Positions 27,840 to 35,561 of a stretch of 64,000 nucleotides of DNA are shown here, piece by piece. The notes beneath the pieces are model-generated. The model was not told the origin of the DNA. It saw nothing but the letters and a program-made list of their open reading frames with translations, and did no database searches. Each line of letters begins with the position of its first letter. The stretch's first letter is position 1. Origin of the DNA: Planctomycetota bacterium (lineage in GTDB: Bacteria; Planctomycetota; MHYJ01; WSZJ01); contig JBBTCT010000001.1 of NCBI GenBank assembly GCA_038060895.1, forward strand, positions 256,001 through 320,000, in the 5' to 3' direction. The position numbers and the translations under genes are program-made.

Positions 27840-28735
27840 AACAGGAGCGGTACGCGTCACCCGCGGCCTTCAAGCAGGCCGTGGAGCACCGCCTTCGTGC
27901 ACAAGCCGCGGCCGACGGCGTCGAGCTCGCGCGCCTCCGCCAACTCCTTGTCTTCGATCGCTTCCTCGCCCGCATCTCCGCCGCCTTTGGCGATCGCGCG
28001 ATCCTCAAGGGCGGCCTCGTGCTCGAGCTTCGGCTGAAGCGCGCGCGGACGACGAAGGACATCGATCTGCGACTGCTGGGAAATCCGGAAGCTGCGCTTG
28101 GGAAGCTCCAGCAGGCCGGGCGCCTTGATCTGGACGACTTCCTGGTCTTTGAAGTGCTGCCGGATCCGCGTCACCCCGAAATCAAGGCCCAGGGGATGGC
28201 CTACCCGGGACGCCGCTATCGGGTCCGCGGGCTCCTTGCGGGAAAGATCTTCGGGACGTCGTTCGCGCTGGACGTCGCGTTCGCGGAACCGCTGTGGGGC
28301 GACGTTGAGCGCATTGAAGGCAGCGCTTTCCTCGCCTTCGCGGGCGTGAAGTCCGCGAGGCTCCGCATCTATCCCCTCGAGGCCCACATCGCCGAGAAGC
28401 TCCACGCCTATTCGCTCCCGCGCTCCCGGCCGAACATCCGAGTCAAAGACCTGCCGGACATCGCGCTTCTCGCTTCAGTACGTGCGCTCCAGGCAACGGT
28501 CCTGCGGACGGCATTCAAGAAGACCTTTGAAGCCCGAAAGACTCACGACCTGCCCGGCGCCACGCCGCACCCACCCGCAGCGTGGGCCGCGGTTTACGAA
28601 ACCATGGCGCTGAACGATTGCCTCCGCTGGTCCACACTCCATCAACTCTTCAAAGCGGTGGCCGCGTTTCTCGATCCCGTTCTCTCGGGCGAGAAGGGAC
28701 GATGGGACCCGAAGTCCTGGTCCTGGCTCAGATGA
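27836..28735 (+). CDS. abiEii: AbiEii/AbiGii nucleotidyltransferase toxin
   Basis: LKGG, RTTKDIDL, AEKLHA and RVKDLPD motifs; ATGA overlap with abiEi. Confidence 0.92.
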   Translation: MKQERYASPAAFKQAVEHRLRAQAAADGVELARLRQLLVFDRFLARISAAFGDRAILKGGLVLELRLKRARTTKDIDLRLLGNPEAALGKLQQAGRLDLDDFLVFEVLPDPRHPEIKAQGMAYPGRRYRVRGLLAGKIFGTSFALDVAFAEPLWGDVERIEGSAFLAFAGVKSARLRIYPLEAHIAEKLHAYSLPRSRPNIRVKDLPDIALLASVRALQATVLRTAFKKTFEARKTHDLPGATPHPPAAWAAVYETMALNDCLRWSTLHQLFKAVAAFLDPVLSGEKGRWDPKSWSWLR

Positions 28736-28743
28736 TCCGCGGG

Positions 28744-29007
28744 CTACGCCGATTCGTGCGTGGGCACTCCGTCCATCCAGAGCGCGTCAGCACAAAGGTC
28801 GAGGCCGTCAGGCCACTCGACGTACCTGCCGTCCGGGGCCACGCGGGCAGACTTGAAGTAGTCGGTCCTCGCGAGCGGCGAATAAACGCCGCCCTTTTTC
28901 AGAAGCGGCTCAAGGTCGAAGGCGCGCGTGCTCCCGTCATCGAAAGTCAGCCGCAACGACAGACCCTCGCCGAGTTCAAGCCGCGTGATTTTGTGCATAT
29001 CCTGCAC
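28744..29007 (-). CDS. DUF2442 family protein (DhiA-like antitoxin)
   Basis: LRLTFDDG...VEWPDGLDLCADAL; AGGAGG RBS before GTG at 29007 (alternative ATG at 28998). Confidence 0.85.
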   Translation of the reverse strand: MQDMHKITRLELGEGLSLRLTFDDGSTRAFDLEPLLKKGGVYSPLARTDYFKSARVAPDGRYVEWPDGLDLCADALWMDGVPTHESA

Positions 29008-29020
29008 GATTTCGGACCTC

Positions 29021-29281
29021 CTAGGGCAACGGGGGTATTTTATCAAGCGGTCGAGCCTGCCTCGCAAGATCCCAGTCGGCAAGAAGCTCGGCCTGATGCA
29101 GGACTGTCCACTCCAGAACCATGGCCTGAACTCGCAAGGGCGCTTCGCCCGTCATGATTCCAGGCGGTTGGATCTGAACCCGGATTTCGAATTCTCCGTA
29201 GACGGCATGGAAGTGCGGCGGCGCGTGATCGTTATAGAACATCCTGATGAGGATTCCGTAGAAGGTTGAAATGAGTGGCAT
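29021..29281 (-). CDS. DUF4160 family protein (DhiT-like toxin)
   Basis: MPLISTFYGILIRMFYNDHAPPHFHAVYG...EW...H.AELLADW. Confidence 0.92.
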   Translation of the reverse strand: MPLISTFYGILIRMFYNDHAPPHFHAVYGEFEIRVQIQPPGIMTGEAPLRVQAMVLEWTVLHQAELLADWDLARQARPLDKIPPLP

Positions 29282-29391
29282 GCGAAGTTCTCCTTGAGGT
29301 AGCAGGGGAACCGCGCATGCCATCATGAGCGCGCCGCAGAATCAACCCGTCGACCCGGCTTTACCGACTCCTGTCGAAGCGCGAACTGTCT

Positions 29392-29838
29392 TCAAGGCAG
29401 CTTTTCATACTTTGTGTAGTCGCTCTGGAACAGGTCCAGAATGTCGGACGCGACGACCTCGAATTCATCCTGCATGTGATGATGGAACGCAATGATCTCT
29501 CCATGTTTCCTCCAGTTGATTCCCCAATTGTCATCTCCGCTGGACCTGCCGAAGAAGACGAAGGATCGCATGTCCGGCCATTCAAACTGGTGCTTCCAGA
29601 GAAACTGGGTGGAAGCCAGTAGCGATCCGCCGGCTGGCCCCGAAGAAAGCGTGTGCAGGTAGCTCGCCCCGCCGCGATCTTCCTGCATCCCGTCGCACTC
29701 AAAATACAACTGCCGGAGTTGCTCAGGCAGGTGTACTCCCAGCACCGCCTCGACGGTGGCAACCTGAGGCTCGGTTGCGGGCGCCCCGAACATGGCATTC
29801 GGGAAAAGGGCATGAAGCCGGAAGGGTGTCGATCTCAT
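29392..29838 (-). CDS. SMI1/KNR4 (SUKH) family protein
   Basis: PATEPQVATVEAVLGVHLPEQLRQLY..CDG and FFGRSSGDD motifs; more AT-ending codons than neighbours. Confidence 0.85.
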   Translation of the reverse strand: MRSTPFRLHALFPNAMFGAPATEPQVATVEAVLGVHLPEQLRQLYFECDGMQEDRGGASYLHTLSSGPAGGSLLASTQFLWKHQFEWPDMRSFVFFGRSSGDDNWGINWRKHGEIIAFHHHMQDEFEVVASDILDLFQSDYTKYEKLP

Positions 29839-29969
29839 CAGGAGAATTTTACAGGAAGGAGGATTGCCGGGCGAAGAGCTGCAGCTGCCGCCCCGATGGG
29901 CAAGCCCGGGCGGGGCTTCAGCCGTCGGACGGGGAGCGAGGCATGGGATCCGGGCAGCAGGCCCTCTGC

Positions 29970-29994
29970 GGGCACTCACAACCCGCAAGTGCCC
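29970..29994 (-). terminator. hairpin immediately after murD stop
   Basis: GGGCACT-N11-AGTGCCC; no clear U-tract. Confidence 0.35.
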
Positions 29995-31476
29995 CTACGC
30001 CGTCGCGGTCCGCGGCGCACTCGCCATCATCTCCTCCACCTCAGCGCGGCCAGCCGTCGCTTCCTGCGCCAACGCCTTGAACTGCTTGCCGCGGTCTTCG
30101 AAGTTGCGGAACTGGTCGAAGGAGGCGCAGGCGGGGCTGAGGAGGACGGCGTCGCCGGTTCTGGCGCGGGCGGCGGACATGGCGACGGCTTCGCCGAGAT
30201 CTTTGGCGCGGTCGACGGGGATCGAGCAGCCCGCCGCTTCCAGCGCCGCGCCGATCTTCGCAGAGGCGGAGCCCAGCAGGACGACCGCGCGGCATCGTGG
30301 GGAGACCGCGCGGGCGAGGTCCTCGAAAGGCAGGCCCTTGTCGTGGCCGCCGAGGATGAGGATGAGGGGCTGGGAGAGCGTGCGAAGAGCGGCGAGCGTG
30401 GAGTCGGGGTTGGTGGCGATCGAGTCGTTGATCCAGGTCACGCCGCCCCAGGTGCCGAAGGACTCGAGGCGGTGCTCGCAGCCGCGGAATTCGGCGAAGC
30501 CCTGGGCGATGCCGTCCTTGGTGGCGCCGAGGACCCACGAAGCGCAGGCGGCGGCGAGGGCGTTTTCGACGTTGAAGAGGCCGGGGATGCGCAGTGCGCT
30601 GGCGGGCAGGATCGTGTGGGCGTCGCCGTTGTCGGCGATGGAGATCCAGCCGCCGGAGAGGCAGGCGCCGCGACCGACTGGCGCCTTGCGCCCGAACGTC
30701 AGCGGATTCGAAGCCGTGCTCGCCCATTTGCCCACGATCGGACAATCGGCGTTCACGATCCCGACGGAGCCGCGGCCGCGAAGGACGTTCTTCTTCGCGT
30801 CGCCATAGGCTTCCATCGTGCCGTGGCGGTCGAGGTGGTTGGGCTGGAGGTTCGTTACGAGGCCCGCGGCCGGGAAGCGGCCGATGGCGGCGAGGTTCTC
30901 GAGCTGGAAGGAGCTGATTTCGAGGACGACGGCGTCGTTGGGTTGGATTTCGTCGAGGTCCGCGAGAAGCGATCGCCCGATATTGCCGCCGACCCAGACG
31001 CGCTTGGGCCGGTCAAAGCACCCAGGAGGCGTCGGAAGCCACGTCGGGCCCCCCATCCGCCGAGTCGCCGCTTCGACAAGCGCCGTCGTCGTCGTCTTGC
31101 CGTTCGAGCCGGTGATCCCGAGGATCGGCGCGCGGCAGAGCTTCACGAACAGGTTCAGTTCGGTCTCGACCGGGATCCCGCGCTTCACGGCCTCGCGGAG
31201 GAACGAGTTGTCGGGAGCCACGGCGGGCGAGATCAGGAGAAGCTCGCAGGCGTCGAGGTCCGAATCTCGGTGGCTGCCCAGGTGGAACTCGACCGGCAGT
31301 CCTTCCAGCGCGCGCACCGATTCCGCCAGCTGCTCAGCGGTCTTGAGGTCGGTCACCGTCACGCGCGCGCCGTGCTTAGCCAGGAAGCGCACAGCGCCGA
31401 CGCCGCCGCCGAACAGACCGAGTCCCATGACCAGGACGCGCATTCCGGGCAGTTCGTGGGCGGCGGGGGTCAACAT
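29995..31476 (-). CDS. murD: UDP-N-acetylmuramoyl-L-alanine--D-glutamate ligase
   Basis: GLGLFGGG, GITGSNGKTTT, EISSFQL, NHLDRH, EHRLE, NDSIATN and LLSPACASFDQF motifs. Confidence 0.96.
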   Translation of the reverse strand: MLTPAAHELPGMRVLVMGLGLFGGGVGAVRFLAKHGARVTVTDLKTAEQLAESVRALEGLPVEFHLGSHRDSDLDACELLLISPAVAPDNSFLREAVKRGIPVETELNLFVKLCRAPILGITGSNGKTTTTALVEAATRRMGGPTWLPTPPGCFDRPKRVWVGGNIGRSLLADLDEIQPNDAVVLEISSFQLENLAAIGRFPAAGLVTNLQPNHLDRHGTMEAYGDAKKNVLRGRGSVGIVNADCPIVGKWASTASNPLTFGRKAPVGRGACLSGGWISIADNGDAHTILPASALRIPGLFNVENALAAACASWVLGATKDGIAQGFAEFRGCEHRLESFGTWGGVTWINDSIATNPDSTLAALRTLSQPLILILGGHDKGLPFEDLARAVSPRCRAVVLLGSASAKIGAALEAAGCSIPVDRAKDLGEAVAMSAARARTGDAVLLSPACASFDQFRNFEDRGKQFKALAQEATAGRAEVEEMMASAPRTATA

Positions 31477-31534
31477 CCGACTATTTATCGGAAGAGCCGG
31501 CCGGTTCCTTGAGGAAGAACGCGCCCGCGGCGGC

Positions 31535-31942
31535 CTATTTCGCCGGTTCCGTTTCGGCTTCGGTGCGCCACTTCTTCGCGCGCTCGATCAGCGTGTCCGG
31601 ATCTTCTTCTTTCGCGGTCTCGAGTGTGATCTTGACCTCGACCACGTCTTTCAGGTTCCCGGGCCACAGGTGCTCGAAGAAGAAATCGAGGGGGATGATC
31701 TGGTACCAGGGCGCCCGGATCGGCACCGCCCGCCGTACGGGGATGCAGCCGTCATGACGAAGCTCGAGGCCGCGGGTGCCGTAGAAAATGAAGGGTTCAA
31801 CGAGGGGCGTCTTGCCGGCCAGTCGCCCGTCGATCCATACGTCGGCCCCGGAGGGTTCGCTCTCCACGTGCAACTCCCGCTCGACGCACCCGGTTGCCAT
31901 CAGAAGGCCGAGCAGCACGAGGGCGACGCGAGAACCGTTCAT
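31535..31942 (-). CDS. PEGA-domain lipoprotein
   Basis: Lipobox MATGC; VESEPSGADVWIDG...GKTP; PWYQIIPLDFF. Confidence 0.88.
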   Translation of the reverse strand: MNGSRVALVLLGLLMATGCVERELHVESEPSGADVWIDGRLAGKTPLVEPFIFYGTRGLELRHDGCIPVRRAVPIRAPWYQIIPLDFFFEHLWPGNLKDVVEVKITLETAKEEDPDTLIERAKKWRTEAETEPAK

Positions 31943-33543
31943 TTCAACCGCCGAAGACGGACATTCCGGACCTTGAACTTCGACCCCTTGTAGCCGATGA
32001 GCATGATCGTGCCGGCTGTCGAAGGCGTGTCCATCGACTGCCAGGCCCCTCCGTTCACGTTGTACTGCAGCTTGTTCCCGATCAACTTCATCCCCAGCTT
32101 GACCCAGGAATTCTTCGGCAGTCCCTGCCCCTGCGCGTTCGGAGGCATGAAATTCAGCATGTGCGAGTTCGAATTGTCCCCCGCCGCGCGGACGACAATC
32201 GTTCCCCCGTGCTCCTCTATGTTCACTTCGAATTCCACGTCGTAATCTTTCCAGTTCGAGTCCGCCTTCGTGAAGACCAGCCGGCGCGTCTTGTCCGGGT
32301 CTGTATCGACCGCGGGCCCCGCCGGTCCGTCGTGCACAAACCGGATTTCCTTCCCGTCGAACGTGACCTTCGCGTCGCCAGCTTCCTTTTTCCAGTCCGC
32401 CTCGGCCGCCTCGACCCAGGAGCCCTCCAGCTGCTTTTTCCGGGCGGCTACTTTCTCCTTCAGCGCGGTCGCCTTCGCCGCGACCGGAGTTCCCGAGTAA
32501 TCATTCACGAACATCGTCACGGCGCGGTCCGCTTCATCCACCATCGACTCCGCGAGCATCTGGGTCACCCGCTTCTCGAGATCCGTATACGCCGGTTCAG
32601 CGCTGGAAAGGAACTTGTCCTCCGCTTCCTTCAGCTTCTTCTCGATCGCGGCCAGCGCCGTCTTTCCCGCAGGTCCCGCCGCAGCCGCCTTCTGCTTGAG
32701 CTCATCGAGGTCGCTCTTGACCCGCCGGTACCCCGCCGGGGTCGCCGCCATCGACATGTCGATCTTGCCGACGGGCTTGAGAAGGGCACTCTGGACGATT
32801 TCGTTCCAGGTGGTCTCGGCCAGCGCGACATGCGACGGCGCATCCTTCCTGACCCGCCCGAGCAGATCCCGGAACGCAGGCTCGTACGTCATCGGGTCTT
32901 CCGCCGCCCGCGCGTCCGCCGCCGTGCGCTTGATTTCCGAGAGAAGCGCCTCGGACTTCTCGTACGCGGCGAGCGCGTCCTGCGCTTCCCGCGCCAGCGC
33001 CGTCGCCTTCTCCTCGTACTCGGTCCCGCCCGCGTCCTTCCTGGCCTTGTGCGCCGCCTCCACCCAGGCCTTCGGGTTGCCGGAGCCGCGAAGCGCTTCG
33101 GCGGCCTCGTAAGAGGATTTTGCTTTGGAGAGATCCGGCCTGGGCCCCTGGCCGCCTCCTCCGCTTCCGCCGACCTGGCTCATGATGAAGCCGATCAGGG
33201 CGAGGACGGCCACGCCGCCGATCGTCAGGCCGGCCTTCGCGCCGGTTCCCATCCCGCCGGATTCCTGGGGCGTGATCGCCGCGACGCGCGTCGTGTTCCC
33301 GCGCCCGCCGCCCATGGACTGCAGGTTGCGAATTATGTCCGTATTGCGAGGCGATTCGCCGGGCTTCCGGAATCTCGTGGACCCTTTGCGATCGTGGTGA
33401 GTGCCGGGGGCTTCGGGGGGAAGCAAGGGCGCGCACTCGGCACAGTAGTACTTGTCGCCGCGCGCGACGGCGTGGCCTTTTTCGATTTCGGCGCCCAGAA
33501 CCTGCGCGCCGCACTTGTCGCAGTAGACGGTAGCGAAGCCCAT
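31939..33543 (-). CDS. bitopic protein: N-terminal Zn ribbon, linker, TM, helical region, C-terminal ConA/DUF1080-like beta-sandwich
   Basis: YCDKCG...YYCAEC; TM segment GLTIGGVAVLALIGFIM; C-terminal WKDYDVEFEV...FKVRNVRLRRL. Confidence 0.8.
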   Translation of the reverse strand: MGFATVYCDKCGAQVLGAEIEKGHAVARGDKYYCAECAPLLPPEAPGTHHDRKGSTRFRKPGESPRNTDIIRNLQSMGGGRGNTTRVAAITPQESGGMGTGAKAGLTIGGVAVLALIGFIMSQVGGSGGGGQGPRPDLSKAKSSYEAAEALRGSGNPKAWVEAAHKARKDAGGTEYEEKATALAREAQDALAAYEKSEALLSEIKRTAADARAAEDPMTYEPAFRDLLGRVRKDAPSHVALAETTWNEIVQSALLKPVGKIDMSMAATPAGYRRVKSDLDELKQKAAAAGPAGKTALAAIEKKLKEAEDKFLSSAEPAYTDLEKRVTQMLAESMVDEADRAVTMFVNDYSGTPVAAKATALKEKVAARKKQLEGSWVEAAEADWKKEAGDAKVTFDGKEIRFVHDGPAGPAVDTDPDKTRRLVFTKADSNWKDYDVEFEVNIEEHGGTIVVRAAGDNSNSHMLNFMPPNAQGQGLPKNSWVKLGMKLIGNKLQYNVNGGAWQSMDTPSTAGTIMLIGYKGSKFKVRNVRLRRLK

Positions 33544-33574
33544 GTTTTCCCCTGATCGGGCTTCGAGTATATCA

Positions 33575-33692
33575 CTGCGCGGGAGGAAAAATCGGGCGGG
33601 TCGGGCGGTGTCGGCCCTGTGGTGGTCGCTTGTGAGGGCCAGGGTGGAAGGGCCGACACCGCCCGACCCACTCGATTCTTCCTCCCGCGCAG
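33575..33692. repeat. long palindrome (arms about 44 bp), GCGGGAG-terminal family
   Basis: CTGCGCGGGAGGAAAAATCGGGCGGGTCGGGCGGTGTCGGCCCT...AGGGCCGACACCGCCCGACCCACTCGATTCTTCCTCCCGCGCAG. Confidence 0.9.
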
Positions 33693-33771
33693 GGAGAATG
33701 GCTTTCCAACGCAAGACAGAGAGTGGACCGCAGCGACTTTTGATCGAGCGGTTTATTTCGCGCGAACCTGC

Positions 33772-35496
33772 TTAAGGAATTGCGCGGATGCGCACGCTGC
33801 GAATCTGAATCTCGGACTGGGGATTCAGCGCGAAACCGAACTGGCCCGTGCCGTGGTCCTTGCCGTCCCCCGCGCGCGAGAACTTCCAGTTCCCGCCCTG
33901 GAGACCCGTCGCGTTCATCGAAATCGTGTCCCCTTTGACCTGCACGGTCACCTTGTAGGACTTGTTCGCCTCGACCACCAGCTGCGCGCCAGACCCCACC
34001 TTTTCCGTCCGGATCGAAACCGCGGACGACTGGGGAGCTTCGCCGTTGAGGCCGACGATGAAGAGCGCGTCGCCCTTGACCAGGGTGACGTCCATTTCGA
34101 CTTCGTAGGCGGAGAAGTGCTTCGTCGTGACCCAGAAGCCGATTCCGTTGGTCGCCGTGTCTTTCTTCGCGTCTTCGGCCGTCAGGGAGTTGACACCGAC
34201 CATCGCGCCGCTCTTCACTTCCCACTTCATTTTTGAGCTTCCGCCCGTCTGCCATCCCGTGGGCGTCTTCTCGTCGAAAAGCACCGTCCAGTCCTTCGGC
34301 GGCACCTTCCCGGGAACAGGCTTGATGTCGGACCCGGGATTGGACGTTTTCTTCGACTCCGTATCGATGTCCCACGCCAGCTTCGTCGCGTCATCGATCG
34401 TCACTGAGTTTTTCCACTTTTCCGTGAATGCCTTGATCGCCAACTGGCACTCGTCGAATTTCTTCTGCTTCCTCAAGTTCTCCACGGTCGCTTTGACCTG
34501 TTCCCAATCCACGCGCGCCGCGCCCTCGCGCCGTTCCTTCAGCTCCTTCACCTTGTCCTGCGCCTGCTTGCGGTAGTTCTCGTGCTCGTCGCACAGCATC
34601 TGGACGTCAGTCCACCTTTGGATCGCCTCCAGGTATTTCTCCGCGTTCTGAACTTCGAAGTTCTTGGCGTCGTCGATCGCGTTGAGAACCCGCTTCTCCC
34701 TGGCCAGTTTGAGAAGGGACTTCGCCTGGGCGGCCAGTTCCGTGTCGCCGGCGGTTTCCATTTCCTTCAAGAACTGTTCGACATCGGTGATGACGGGAAC
34801 CAGGTCCTTCGAGCCGAGCATTTTCCGGAGTGATTCAAGCCTCTCGGTGCGTTTCGCGCGGATTTCCAGGCGTTCCTTGAGCTTGACCGCGTCGTCCCGG
34901 TACGCCGCCAGCTTGCCGGAATAATCCGAATTCTTGCACTTGGGACCGGCCGCATCGATGAGCTTCAGCAACCCCTCGGCCTCGTCCGGGTGCTCACGGC
35001 TGTACGCGACAACCTGTTCGAACGCGGTCTTGGCGTCCTCCTTGCGTTTCAGGTCAGCCGCCTTGATGGCGTTGTCGGCGGAGCTCTGCATGGCGAAGAG
35101 AACGATGGCGGCAATCAGGACGACCCCCGCGGCGGCGCCGGCGATCAGGGGCGTCTTGCTCTTCCCTTCGGAGGGTGCATCGTCCATCGGGACGTGGGCC
35201 AGGCGAGTGGTTCCGGGACCGGGGTGTACGGAGCGCTGGGGACCGCTGCCGACGTTGGGAAGTCGCCCCGTGCCGGTGTGGGGATGGGGTGCGCCTACCG
35301 CGCGGATCGCAGGAAACGTCCCCGTCGAGCCGGTGCGCTTGCGGCCGTTCCCGGGCGCCGCCGCCACCGCGGGAGCCTGGGCGCGGCACTTGCTGCAATA
35401 CACCTTCTCCGCGACCTCGACCGCCTTGCCCTTCTCGAGGTCCTTCTCGGGGACCATGTCCCCGCAAATCGTGCAGTAGTCAATCGCTCGACCCAC
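33772..35496 (-). CDS. paralogous bitopic Zn-ribbon/TM/helical/DUF1080-like protein
   Basis: YCTICG...VYCSKC; TM segment LIAGAAAGVVLIAAIVLFAM; WTVLFDEKTPTGW...W.V..G...IQIRSVRIR; GTG start with AGGAG RBS. Confidence 0.82.
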   Translation of the reverse strand: MGRAIDYCTICGDMVPEKDLEKGKAVEVAEKVYCSKCRAQAPAVAAAPGNGRKRTGSTGTFPAIRAVGAPHPHTGTGRLPNVGSGPQRSVHPGPGTTRLAHVPMDDAPSEGKSKTPLIAGAAAGVVLIAAIVLFAMQSSADNAIKAADLKRKEDAKTAFEQVVAYSREHPDEAEGLLKLIDAAGPKCKNSDYSGKLAAYRDDAVKLKERLEIRAKRTERLESLRKMLGSKDLVPVITDVEQFLKEMETAGDTELAAQAKSLLKLAREKRVLNAIDDAKNFEVQNAEKYLEAIQRWTDVQMLCDEHENYRKQAQDKVKELKERREGAARVDWEQVKATVENLRKQKKFDECQLAIKAFTEKWKNSVTIDDATKLAWDIDTESKKTSNPGSDIKPVPGKVPPKDWTVLFDEKTPTGWQTGGSSKMKWEVKSGAMVGVNSLTAEDAKKDTATNGIGFWVTTKHFSAYEVEMDVTLVKGDALFIVGLNGEAPQSSAVSIRTEKVGSGAQLVVEANKSYKVTVQVKGDTISMNATGLQGGNWKFSRAGDGKDHGTGQFGFALNPQSEIQIRSVRIRAIP

Positions 35497-35561
35497 TTCA
35501 GCTCCTGTCCGGTTCCCCCCCGGGCTATCGGGCGGGACATTCTATGCGATGTAAGCCCTTC

